A DNA stretch of 64,000 nt, counting the filler, from Basidiobolus ranarum (Eukaryota): NCBI GenBank assembly GCA_040143965.1. It is 4 parts of 4 records of this genome, joined end to end, with 100 filler letters (N's around TTAATTAATTAA, not from the genome) between each part and the next. Parts side by side here need not be neighbours in the genome. Positions count along the whole stretch, not along the records: positions 50,966 to 64,000 come from JASJQH010007382.1; 3 more parts are not named here. The stretch is one strand, 5' to 3'. Shown in pieces: positions 52,210 through 64,000 of the stretch (its first letter is position 1; the number at the start of each line of letters is the position of its first letter). Position numbers and translations under genes: made by a program. The notes under the pieces were generated by a model that was not told the DNA's origin, ran no database searches, and was given only the letters and a program-made list of their open reading frames with translations.

Positions 52210-54704
52210 TCAGTTAATAGGTTCATATCCATTCTGTCGTTTCTTGTACCATCTAAATCCTACAAATCCAACTGCACAGATAGCAAGTAATGAAGTAACA
52301 GATATTGCACCGGTTACTACCCACCTCCATCCACTAACTCCGGAGTTCTTATCACTAGGAAGTAGCACTCTATCAATGGCAAAAGCTCTACCATTTCTAC
52401 TAGCTCCAGTGTTGATGATTTTGGCTTGATCATCATAATAGCGTGCACCCTCCACCAAAACTGCAAATCTATTATCGTTAACTTTATGGATAACAACATG
52501 GGTGTTTTCTAATAAAGTTTCATAAGCCATTGCATCCTTGAGCTGCTCCACTTGATCTGGAATAATATGAAGTTGAACTAGCTGTTTTAGAGCTTCTGGT
52601 GATTCATATAATTCGGTCATATTAATGTTACTGAATGCCTGGTCAGTGGGAAGGAGAATCGTATAGGACTGGGTTCCGGTCAGAATATCTTTCAAGCCAA
52701 CATGCTCAAGAGCTTTCATAAATACTGAAGCTTTGGTGCCCAAAATTAATGATTTCAAGGAGATGTCGATTGTAGATGGGACTTGGATTCTATCTACAAC
52801 ATGGACAACACCCGTCGTGATTAGAACATCTTTCGTGACTACCATAGCCTCAGCTCTGTTTTGATTACCAAGCAAAACTTCACTAGCAATGAAAATCTTG
52901 TCTTCTGTGCGAGTGACGTTTAATGGCTTGGAAAAAAGGGTCTTGTATTGGGTGACCCCTTCAGGGATATCTCCAGAATATACTAAATCACCTAGCATGT
53001 GATACCGCAGGGTACTCTGAAGTTCCGAGATGGATTCGGGAAGCAGGAGGTATTCTGAAACTATCCCAAGCTGTGCAAACGCTTCATCACTCGGTACGAA
53101 GAGGGTGATGGATTTACTGTCTTTCACTAAAGAATCGAGTTTGCTCGAATGAACTGCAGATAGATAAGAGGATACCTCCTTGTTGGTGTCAGCAATCTGA
53201 AGGATACTTTTAGGCATTGGTATGATAAAAGAAACTGGATATATAATACTATTTCCGATTTCAATCGGTTCCCCAGAGATACCGATGTCATTAAAGCTGA
53301 TGTTGTCACCATCCTTTTTTACTTGGGTTTTTTGACTAGCCCCCCTCAGTAAATCGGATTTCATTTCGGTTTCCAAAAGCTGACCACTACTGAGATCATT
53401 GATTGCGTATTTCCCTGGTACAATATGGTATTTTAACATATCTTTCAGTTCTTTGGATCCTTTGGGCGGCAAGTTGAATACTTCAACATTAAGGACATGA
53501 TCTGGAGGCGCTAAGATGGTACGAGGTTGATTGATGTCAGTAATCAATTCTTCCAAACCTTCGTCAATAATCATATTAACAAAGTTCGTATAATTGAGGG
53601 CGAGCAGATATTTCTTAGCATTAAACAAAAATCCAGGTGGAAGAATCATATTCTCCAAGTGATGTATAACGCCGTTGGATGCTAAAGTATCCCTTTTTGC
53701 CACGACAGAGCCATCCACCTTCAAGGTGTTGTCAGAGCTGAAGGTAATGGTCAAATTTTGACCATCCAAAGTGGAAACTATATACAGATTTCATTTAATC
53801 TGTTAGTGCTCTAGCATAAAGGAGTAGAGTATTACTTACCTTCAGTTTCTCCAAGAGGAATATCAGAAGTATATACAAGCCCGGGATGAATATGCCGTGA
53901 TAGAATAGATAAAAGGTCTTCTCTTCCAACATCTGCAGTTAAATACTTCATTTCAAGTTCACTGAACTTTTCGAATTGTGTATTGTCTGGCAAAAAAACG
54001 GTGAACGGTTGGGGTTCTGTTAATTTATCGGACAATGAAGCGGTTCCTAATAGTTCTTGAAACTTCGTATATTCCGCCATCGATTCAATAACAGATACTA
54101 ATCATTAAAGTTACGTGTAAGTTAACTTTACTCAACAAAGTAATTAACTACTCTACAGTACCTAAATTTGTGGGAGGAGTCATAAAACCATCAACAGCGT
54201 GAACAACACCTAAAATTCATAAACGATTATTACTTGAGTACAGAGAGAAGTTCAAGTCGTGTAAATACCTCGCGTAGCCAATATATCTGGAGTAGTGATC
54301 TTGACGTCCCCAAATACTATTGTGCCTGCTTCCGTTGCTGATTTCACTTTAAATCGCTGACCTTCTCCCTCACCAAGGGTATTATTGAAACTCAAAATAC
54401 TTTCAATGGTTTGTCCAGGATAAAACTCTTTCGCAAGATGTGTACCATTTACAATATGGTAAAGGAGTTCCCACGGTTCTATAGGTTTTTCACGTTTGGA
54501 AAATGCCTCATTAGTAGGGGCAAGTAGCATGCAATTAGGAAGGCTGTTGATTATAGGGATTAGTCTTGTTTTTTGAAGACTTCGAATTAACGCAGTGAAT
54601 TGAACATCAGCAGAGATTACGTCAATCACCGTAGTAGCTGAGTTGACTGTACTCAGTAAAAAGGCGGAAAATACAATCAGGGCTGGACCTAACAGCCTTT
54701 TCAT
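52210..54704 (-). CDS. Type I membrane protein with multiple fasciclin (FAS1) domains, 4 exons
   Basis: Signal peptide; repeated H1 (TxxxPxxxAF) and H2 (GVxHxxD) FAS1 motifs; C-terminal TM helix and short tail KKRQNGYEPIN. Confidence 0.88.
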
Positions 54705-55061
54705 TGTTATAATGTAGTTGAATGATACAGGAGATAATACAAGTAAAGTTAGACTAGATAAGGAGTAATGGAGAGAATAGGAAAGAATAGGAAAATAGCA
54801 GTCTTGTCCAGGAGGACTTGCTAGAAATAATCATCAAAAGGAGTGACGATTCGTGAGCACGTGAATATGTTTCTTACAATACTATTGATTGCGATCACTC
54901 TAAGCGATTACCACTAAATGAATCAGATTTGGTAAGAACTGCGGTCACTAACTGTATGAGATAATCCAATCTGTGCGAAAGAGAAATCAGCTGTATTTAA
55001 GTAGTATTTAGGTGTAGTTTATTTCAAAAGCACCCATTCAAATGCACCTATGGTATTGCAC

Positions 55062-56331
55062 TTAGGCACACAGGAATTTAGCGTGATGATTTAAGTGGTC
55101 CTCAATGAAAGTGTGAATAAACCAGTAACTGTGATCGTAATTAGGTTGAATACGAATGTCAACATTCTCAACACGTTTCAGTTTACAGGCAGAATCGAAA
55201 TTTTCAGTTAGAAGCTGTTGGTCCTTGTAAAATTGATCTTCGGATCCCTGCAGTACAAAGTAGTTTAGTATGGAAACAACAACTCAAGCAGTAGTGTCAA
55301 CATAATTAAAGCTTGTGTACAGACCTGATCAATCAAAATGTTCAAAGCAGGGCCATTGTACTTCTTCACCAACTCAGAAGCATCATACTCATTCCAGGCT
55401 TCTTGGTTCTCCCCAAGATAACCGGAGAAAGCCTTCTTGCCCCATGGACAGTTGATAGGATTAGCGATGGGAGAGAAGGCAGAAACACTCTGATAAAGTC
55501 ATTCTGTCGTCAGTCATGGTATTCAATCGAGTTGTCAAGAATAGTTTTTACCTTGTATTTTCCAGGATTCTTCAACGCACAAATCAAAGCCCCATGACCA
55601 CCCTATCAGCAAAATAAAGTAAATACCGGTATTTAAGCATCGAAAAATCAATCAATTACCATAGAGTGGCCGAAAATCGAAATACGCTGCCCATCAATAG
55701 GGAGACTTTCATTAACTAGGGAGGGAAGCTCCTCTGTGACGTAACTATACATGCGATAGTGCTTGCTCCACTTGGGCTCAACAGCATCAACGTAAAAGCC
55801 AGCACCTACAGACCGAACAGGTGAATATATTTTGTGAAGAAAAATTCTAGTGGCTATACATACCACTTCCGAAGTCCCAGGAGTCATCCTCTCCTTCAAT
55901 GTTTACGCCTCCTATATTAAAAAGAATTAATAACTTGCAACATGGGTAATGGAAGTAAGAATCAACACTAACTTGGACTAGTGTCAGGGCACACAAGCGC
56001 AATGTTATGCTTCGCAGCATGAGGAATGGCACCGGCTTTGGTAATGAAATTATCTTCGTTACAAGTCAAACCAGAGAGGAAATACAGACCCTAACAAATG
56101 AGAAACAACTGTGTTAACTCACTACTGATAAAAACCTAACCACTGCTAAGCAAACATAATTGATGTTCTAACTATTTCACTTACAGGCACTTTACTTCCA
56201 CTGGTGGCAGCTTGTGGCATAAAAACATTAAATTTCATCTCACATCCTAAAGTCTTTGAAACATGTGAGTATTTGGTAACAGTGCCATTATGGCAAAAAG
56301 ACTGAGAAAGTTGTTTCAGAGCAGAGGTCAT
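55062..56331 (-). CDS. ESD: S-formylglutathione hydrolase (esterase D), multi-exon
   Basis: [74 protein letters not shown]. Confidence 0.93.
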
Positions 56332-56598
56332 TTTCAAAACCAAATTAGGTGGAGCCAGGCATTATCTGGGCGCTTTATATAGCTATGCAAGATGACGAAG
56401 CAAGGTTAATCAAAGTAAATGAATTCATTCGCAATCTCACAACAAAATCAATGGCAACAACGAATGTGAATCAGCGCTCATCACGTGCTCGCATAATAGA
56501 TATCAGAAGGTAGTCAGTACATGCAGCTATTTTCACGCAATATATTCTGTTGGGGTGATGACCTTGATTGGAGATGTCCATCTAAAATATATCACCAA

Positions 56599-56638
56599 AA
56601 TTAGCGGAATTGGCGAAATTGGCGAAATTAGCGGAATT
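56599..56638. repeat. Short tandem array of 9-mers AATT(A/G)GCG(G/A) x4
   Basis: AATTAGCGG AATTGGCGA AATTGGCGA AATTAGCGG AATT in the divergent ESD/PI4K intergenic region. Confidence 0.8.
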
Positions 56639-57259
56639 AAAGTCAACAATATCCCACTTGAAAATTCTTAAACTTATCTTCGTTAAACCTTATCTGAACT
56701 TCGCTTCTTTCCTAGTGTAAGTTTCAAACTATTGTCTATTTGCTCGACTAAATGTTATTCTAGGCACTGTTTCGAATTAGTAAGTCATTCTGCCTATAAT
56801 GGTCCTCTCACCAATGCTCTTCAGCACTCCAACAATACACGGGCTCAGGGCTATATTAAAGCTATTTGCAAGCTTAATCGATTATAGTATAATGATGGGC
56901 TGCTAATGACATGAGCTCATTTCTAGTTTGAGATCTTGTTGCAAAATTCTGACTTCATCAATGATCGCTTATTTTTCCATGGTGACACGAGCCCAACCCT
57001 AGATTGACTGCTCTTTTAAAGATACCTGCGTAGCTTATCAGAATCTCCAACTTTCTAATCTTCCCCACTTCTCTCCAATCTTTCAGTTTCTAAAGTCCAA
57101 TAGTTTCTCAAAATCATTACTCCCATATCTCTTTATCAATAAGTAAACTCTTTTTTATACAAACGAAACACTTTCGACCAAATTATTATTAGTTTCTCTT
57201 CAACCTCAAACTTAGTAGATTGCCCAATACCGTTTGGAAAAAGAATAAACCAACACAAT

Positions 57260-58933
57260 ATGATTGACTTGGCCCATCCTTCTCGGACCACTTCTGTGTG
57301 CCTTGAATCTGAAGAGCCTAATATGGAAATATACTTTTCTACCGCACAAAGTTTCCCTGAAATGGTAGAGCACATGCGGGGTCTATTGGATGCTACAATT
57401 ACGAGTAACATCGACACAGAGCCTAGTTTCACTGCTTCAAAATTAATTATCCACAGTCTTTCTTCACGAAAAGGAAGAGAAAAAAATTCAAGAAGACAGC
57501 GTAGAAGAGTTGATTCGGTAGTTCAAATCGGTCCAGACGGAATGGAAGAGATCGAAAACAAGGTATTTTCTATGAAACTGGGGAAACTGGGCTATTCTTG
57601 ATTCTTATCCATTCATATTGAGCAGAAATGCAAGTCTTCTGGGTCCACTGACCCAAGTTTTTCTGACGTTATCACATCGGTAAAAGATGCTATTGATAAC
57701 AACATTCATCCAGTTCGTATTGTTCAAGGATCTTCCGGTTCATATTTTTGTCTGAATTTGGAGGGGAAAAAAGTTGGAGTGTTCAAGCCTAAAAATGAAG
57801 AACCATACGGGCAACTCAACCCTAAATGGACTAAGTGGGCACATAGGAATCTCTTTCCTTGTTGTTTTGGCCGAAGCTGGTACTGTCAAGCATATATGTC
57901 GTTTCCTCACAATTAATTCTCACATTGGAACAGTTTGATTCCGAATCTAGGGTACATCTCTGAGGCGGGTGCATCATTAATCAATCGTAGACTAAAGTTG
58001 AATATCGTGCCTCAAACAGAGGTAGTGGACCTTGCATCGCCCAGTTTCCATTATAGTTATCTTGATTTGAAAGCATCTCAGCGAAAGAAGCGACCAATTC
58101 CATTGCCTACAAAGATTGGCAGTTTTCAATTGTTCTTGAATGATTACGTTAACGCAAACGCCTTTCTAAGAGACCATCCATGGCCGTACGATTCCATAAA
58201 TCACGACCACCATTTGAACGAGTTGAAAAACTCGCGAGTGGAAATTCGAGATAACATCTCCATTCACTCGTTTAGCTCTGTTTGGACTTCTACGCTACAA
58301 AGGGAATTCCGTGAGCAAGTGCAAAGACTTGTGGTATTAGATTATCTTATCCGGAATACTGGTTAGTAAAGCTTCTTGGTTTATTTTTATTGCGCAAAAC
58401 TAATATTGCTTATAGATCGAGGGCTGGACAACTGGATGATTCGTTATTACTTTGATGATTCTCTAGAGCCACACATTGACATCGCAGCCATCGACCATGG
58501 GTTGGCTTTCCCTTATAAGCATCCTGACCGCTGGCGGTCATATCCTTATGCTTGGCTTAGCCTCCCTTCCTCCTTAATCGGCGGGCCGTTTGTCCCCTCT
58601 TTGCGTACTGAGCTTATAACCTCGCTTACTTCCCATCAGTGGTGGCGAGAAACGTTGAAAGAGTTACGCCAGCTATTTAGTGTGGATCGTGATTTTAACG
58701 AGCTGATGTTTGAGCGACAAGTAGCTCTGCTCAAGGGTCAAGCCTGGAACCTAATCCAGTCACTCACAGCAAATGAAGGGCCTATAGAGCTATGCCAACG
58801 AAAAGGGGTTGTTGTATGGGGAGGTGAAGAAGGTGCGCCTCCAGAAGAAGAGCTGGTTCGAGGAGATCTTGGCAATACTCTCTGGATGCGTGTTGAAACA
58901 CTCCATACACAACCTTGGTTCACTGGATGTTAA
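57260..58933 (+). CDS. LSB6: Phosphatidylinositol 4-kinase type II (Lsb6-like), 4 exons
   Basis: [86 protein letters not shown]. Confidence 0.92.
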
Positions 58934-59378
58934 CGCCAAGGCCCCCTATTTCTATGTTAATAATTCCCATATTTTCACTTTTCATTTAGAAGTTAATACA
59001 AGATGTAATTTACATATGTCTATCCTTTCCCGTCAGTTTTTCCCTCAGTCATTCACGATACAGGAGCTATTATAGCATTCAAGTCCAAAGAAAATAAATT
59101 TGTGAAACTGACTAATGTTTAAAATATTCGATGATGGGTCCACATAATATTTTCTGATGAGACAGCTCATAACACTGGGTTTGGATTCGGAGTGGGGTAA
59201 CACTATAATTAACCGCCTGCCAACCTGAATTCTGCCAAGACAAGTGCTACGTTAATCATGATACCAAGTGAGCAGGTTCTTGTAGAGTTGAGATATTTAC
59301 TGATATACATGGACATGTTGCCAAAAAACCTGTAAGCCAGATATAGGTTCTATTTTACTAACACATATCTTATGTTAC

Positions 59379-59604
59379 AGTATTTAGTTATCCTATATTT
59401 CACTAAGATATCACCCATTATTCTCAAGAGGAATTTACCTAGAAGCTCTCAGATATATAGATTTTTCAAACTTGTGCTAGTAGCCCCAAACTCTGCACAC
59501 ATGTTCCTGGGACCTTTATTAACGCATTCTACACGTTAGCTTGTCTACATCTTGACAAAACTATAAATGTCAACTGAATACTAGATAAATCAATAAGTGA
59601 AAAC
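59379..59604 (+). mobile_element. Internal fragment of copia LTR (both ends missing)
   Basis: Colinear with the middle of the LTR at 5188-5509 (…CTTGTGCTAG…CACATGTTCCTG…CTATAAATGTCAAC…). Confidence 0.8.
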
Positions 59605-59796
59605 TGTTGAAATTAGAATTGCCTAAACACCTATATAGTCATACATAGCTTAGCACTTAGTTATCTTATAATTCACTAAGATATTATCCATTATTCTCAT
59701 AAGGAATTTACTTAGAAGTTTGAAGATATATAGATTTTGATAACTTGTGCTAGAAGCTCCAAACCACTTCCAGCTGGCTCCCAAAATACTTCAACA
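59605..59796 (+). mobile_element. Copia LTR with internal deletion
   Basis: TGTTGAAATTAG start and ...ACTTCAACA end; jumps from GCTAGAAGC directly to TCCAAACCACTTCC, missing ~130 bp. Confidence 0.82.
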
Positions 59797-60704
59797 TTTT
59801 TGAATTAACAATATCTCTGCACTGACTTCATGATTTAACTTGATGCTTGTCACACAATCTACTCAATGACCCAACCGCAGTCTTTGATGTTAAGAAAGAA
59901 ATTTCAGCACCAAGTTACATAGATTTGTACTCTATGGTCACTAAGTTGATTATATATTCCAATAAGACCTGTATATAGCTCTATTCAGTATCACTAGGTG
60001 CACTCCGTAGCTTTTTGAGACTTTAGAAGGTCAGTCAATTCATTTGGCTTGTGATACTGGAGGTAAAATATACTTTGCCGATATTTGTTGCTACAAGAGA
60101 AAAAAAATAAGTCTTTAACAATTTTTATTCCCAATCATGTTTATATATACATTCACATTATGTAAACTTTGAGAATGTTTGTGAGCAGTTAAATCAGTAG
60201 TAACCATAAATGGATGGAATACTGACAAACTTCATCTTTGTATATAAGATATATGTAATAGTTATCAATATTGATAAAGCTGCTATATTGAAGTTTTGGT
60301 TTCTTAGTTAACTCATATCAATACTCAATGTTATCGTATATCATGGGAAAATTGATTCTAGATTTAATGTACTTCATGTAGTAATACTATTGGTATTTCT
60401 TCACTCTTATAGAATACATTACCAACCAACAGTAATCATTAAATCTCAAACTTGCATGCGCTTCTTGCTTTATTTAAGCCATTTAACTTATTAATATAGC
60501 TTCTGGCACATCATGTTGCTATTCTGTTTAAAGCTATCAGACCAATATTACAATTTTGCATCAGTTCATTGAATAATACATCATTGATGGTATCACTCAT
60601 AGTAACAATCAAAAATGAATAAATTTTTTTGATATTTCATCATTACAAGATATGCAATTTTCCAAAATTGAGTAATAATTTCATCTAAAAATAAAAAAAT
60701 ATAA

Positions 60705-60777
60705 CGACCCAGGTGGGGGTCGAACCCACGACTTTCTCCTCCGGAGGGAGACACTCTTTCCACTGAGCTACAGGGCC
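60705..60777 (-). tRNA. tRNA-Arg(CCG), intronless
   Basis: GGCCCTGTAGCTCAGTGGAAAGAGTGTCTCCCTCCGGAGGAGAAAGTCGTGGGTTCGACCCCCACCTGGGTCG: cloverleaf with anticodon stem TCTCC/GGAGA around CT-CCG-GA, GTTCGA T-loop, downstream poly-T terminator. Confidence 0.93.
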
Positions 60778-60780
60778 TGG

Positions 60781-61756
60781 ATACATATGCCACGAAATCG
60801 GATTATCAGACAAAAGCGATGGCAATTTTAGAGACAACATAATGTCTCAATCAACTCAATATTTCGTACACATATAACGCATAAGCAAACCTTGACCTCC
60901 ACCTAGTTTCATATCTACACCTTTCCCACATGTCTCGCAATCACCGAAACAAGATAAGAGATGAATATATCTCCAGAACTACTGGAAGAATCATTACTAA
61001 ACTTTAAGGAAATAATTCCCTATTATTGTTCTACTATAGGTATAAATTTTTAAAACAAACCGACGGCAGAGACAAAAGGTACAAGACATCGGAAACGGGC
61101 CGTCAGTGTTATATACATGCTTTGAAATTAGCACACTCCCAAATCCGGCAGGAATGCCACTCGATTTTCCCCTGATCAATCCTATAAAAATAGCACAATC
61201 AAAATAAAAATCAATTAGTCAATTTATCAGTGAATCAATTCCCGAAATTGCACTCACCTCAGGAACCAGCCTCAATACATATGTTACGAAATTGGATTAC
61301 TCAACAAATATGATGGCAAGTTCAGAGACAATATAATGTCCTGATCGTCTCAATATTTTGGACACATATAGTCAAACCTCAACTTTCGCCAAGTTTCATA
61401 CCTTTACTTCTCCTACACGCCTCATAATTGCCGAAACCGTTACAAAAGTGCACATATCTCCCGAACCGCTGGATGAAACATTACCAAACTTTAGGGGAAT
61501 AATTCCTTACTATTATTCTACTACGGGTAAAAATTTCAAAATGAACTGACCCAAAAGTTACAAGACATCCGAAATGGGCCGTCATCTTTGTTTTCAGGTT
61601 TCGAATTTATCACACTCCGAAATCCGGCAGGGATGCCACTCGATTTCCCCCTGATCAACCTTATAAAAATTGCACAATCGAAATAAAGTTCATCAGTCAA
61701 TTTATCAGTTAAGTCCCGAAATTGCACTCACCTCAGGAACCAGGCTCAATACACAT
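60781..61756. repeat. Tandem direct repeat of two diverged units (60781-61274, 61275-61748) plus the start of a third
   Basis: Colinear blocks ATACATATG..ACGAAAT.GGATTA, AGAGACAA.ATAATGTC, ATCCGGCAGG.ATGCCACTCGATTT, CCCGAAATTGCACTCACCTCAGGAACCAG in both units. Confidence 0.9.
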
Positions 61757-63589
61757 CTAAATGTCAACTTGAAACGTGTTCCATTTAACTCGGATAATAT
61801 TACCTTGAATTTAGGCCATACTTAACCATAGACGTACCAATAGTTCACTGACTTTAAAGTATAATAGATTTAAGGGCCCTGCCCATGGATTATTCTTCAG
61901 CTAGTACCATATGAGGGTGTACAGTTAACAACACAAAACTATATATTCAACAGTAAAGCATGCAACCAAGAGCACAGTTATCAATCCAAGCACAGTTGTC
62001 AACTCAAACTTGAAAGCATGAATAGATTTATCAATAGTAGGTACCGGTAGATTCAACACCATGACTTAGTAAAGCTAGGTGTCAACATTACATTTATTTT
62101 TAAGAAATAATAATAGTGAACTTTAGGTAAAATAAGTATACAACCATACTTTTCACCGAATCTATTAAGCAAGTATCTGAGATGAGTGGAATTTCAAAAA
62201 TTACCGAGCTGATAAATTGGTTAATACCTTATTATTTGCACTTCTTACACAACTTCTGTATAGTAAATCATATTAGTACTAATAATATACTGTTGATTCA
62301 TTACACACGGTGCATATTGGATTACTGAGAAGAGAACTTCTCTTTAAAAGGTGGTGTTAAAGGTTTGTCCGTACAATATACAACATCTATAAACTAGGTC
62401 ACACGGTTATGTATAAGGCAAAGAACTTGTATAATACCTGTAACATTCTATATCTGCTCCATTTGATGACATGTCTAATCTAGTACTCAATAGCATCTGC
62501 GTTCAAGCGGCTTTACCATATAATATATACCACTAAGATTGACCGTCGATAGTAGATTTTGTTCATCTCCTTTACTACAGGATGTAATCCATTGGCATCT
62601 GATCACTATCGAGATGAGCTATGCGAAAGGTAATATATAAATGTTGGCTACGAATGTTGGCCATGGGCCTGGATCTCTATCATCTTATGCTTGCTTTATT
62701 TCTCGTGCGTATTCCAGATTTCAACACATACTGATCCTTAAGTTAAGGTACTTCATATTCTTGTGGAACATTAGCCCACAGACTTCACAAACGTGAACTC
62801 TAACCCCTGAATCACTGTTGTTGGCCTGATTTGGTGATAATGGCTTGGGTTTGATTTAATAAATGAAACATTCTAGTATTGTTTTACATGTGTTTACATG
62901 TTGTCTGCAGCCTTCAATTAATTCTCTTTGTTTTTCACTACATGTGACTATATCACCCATCATGTATCGCGATTGCCGGATTAAAGAAATCTAGATCAAT
63001 CGAGCTCTGTACATTAATCCGGGAGTTGAACCATGCTTCCAGTCAACGATCACTCGCTATTGACTAAGCCAATCAAATCTAGGTATGCCTTATGACACAT
63101 CATCTACACCATTACTGGGAATGATTTTCAACAAAGCCTGAAACATGGGTAGTGGAGGGGGAGTGTTGGAGTGGTGTAACCCAGTCAAATTAATTAAGCG
63201 GTTATTTCATTATAAGCTTTACTGGGAAAGTAGCTAGTCCATTCTATGCTTCACTCTTTATTTGGTAAAGGCAAACAAGTATTTCACGACTAACCTAATA
63301 CGTAAATCAGATGTACCTATTACTAATACTGATGCCCTGATTAGGAAGAATGAGTAAGTAACACGATGTAAAATAGTGCGCAAAGATGAATCACTTTATT
63401 TTGACGTTTTTAGCATTTGTATTGTTTCGTTGTATAGATAGGCTGTATACGCTGAATGTATGTTAATGTATGTTTGTATTGGTTAAAGAAATCAAAAAGT
63501 ATCATGCTCCATTTTGCACTATCTACGCTATTAATCGATAATGAGCCAAGGTGTGACAACCCCTGACTGAATGGAACAAGTGTGTTATT

Positions 63590-64000
63590 TTACAAGTTAC
63601 TGCGAGGTCTGCATTCATTTTCAAAGTACTTCTTCACATCTTTACGGATGTCTAGTGCACATCCGTATGAAAGAGTGTAGCCAGACCCACCATGGCCATA
63701 ATTATGGAATATCTTAGGGTTCTTTTCATCTTGGCCTACGCGGGGCTCATCACGGAATGGGCGAATTCCAACGCGGTAATAGTAATCAGTGAATTCGGCG
63801 TTAGCCAAATCAGGGTAAAGATTGACACACCCTGCCTTCATTCTTTCCAGGTACTGATGTTCTTTTTCATTCCACTTTAATGTTTCTTGTCCCATCTGGG
63901 CATAACCACCGAGAATAAGAATGTCATCATTTCTTGGTACAATGAACTCAAATCTTCCCTCATCAGCCTTTCTTTTCTCTTCGGCAGTGGCGTTGGCATC
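63590..64000 (-). CDS. D-amino-acid oxidase family protein, C-terminal part (5' end beyond window)
   Basis: FIVPRNDDILILGG, VGIRPFR, HNYGHGGSGYTLSYGCA; ends -SNL (PTS1-like). Confidence 0.88.
   Translation of the reverse strand, partial: DANATAEEKRKADEGRFEFIVPRNDDILILGGYAQMGQETLKWNEKEHQYLERMKAGCVNLYPDLANAEFTDYYYRVGIRPFRDEPRVGQDEKNPKIFHNYGHGGSGYTLSYGCALDIRKDVKKYFENECRPRSNL

Noticed and set aside
56599-61756. CRISPR-like interpretation of the short and long repeats
   Set aside because: No constant repeats with unique spacers, no cas genes, and a eukaryotic context.

Overview
AT-rich, intron-rich eukaryotic genomic DNA. The velvet factor, AA5 copper-radical oxidase, short GT-AG introns and several genes retained in animals but absent from budding yeast suggest an early-diverging (non-Dikarya) fungus; this is an inference. 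The window is not one locus. Four contigs are joined by artificial 100-bp linkers (44 N + TTAATTAATTAA + 44 N) at 16926, 33903 and 50866, so neighbourhood across linkers is meaningless. It holds about 21 protein-coding genes (glyoxal oxidase, velvet, DUF1295, NTH1, L2HGDH, NEDD1-like, ANKRD13-like, TPX2-like, ALDH7, a 4-RRM protein, CDC42, GPR107-like, NELF-A-like, STK16/ENV7, LETM1-domain, STIMATE-family, ABCA fragment, multi-FAS1, esterase D, PI4K type II, DAO fragment), a tRNA-Arg(CCG), and many pieces of one Ty1/copia family (LTRs, half-tRNA-type PBS, gag relic, RNase H end plus PPT). Most notable: a convincing fungal NELF-A (Pol II pausing factor) homologue, an in-frame TGA inside an otherwise intact L2HGDH gene, a ~485-bp tandem unit abutting the tRNA, and copia LTRs that sit in or beside each other. 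Homology calls come from motif recognition by eye, not database searches.
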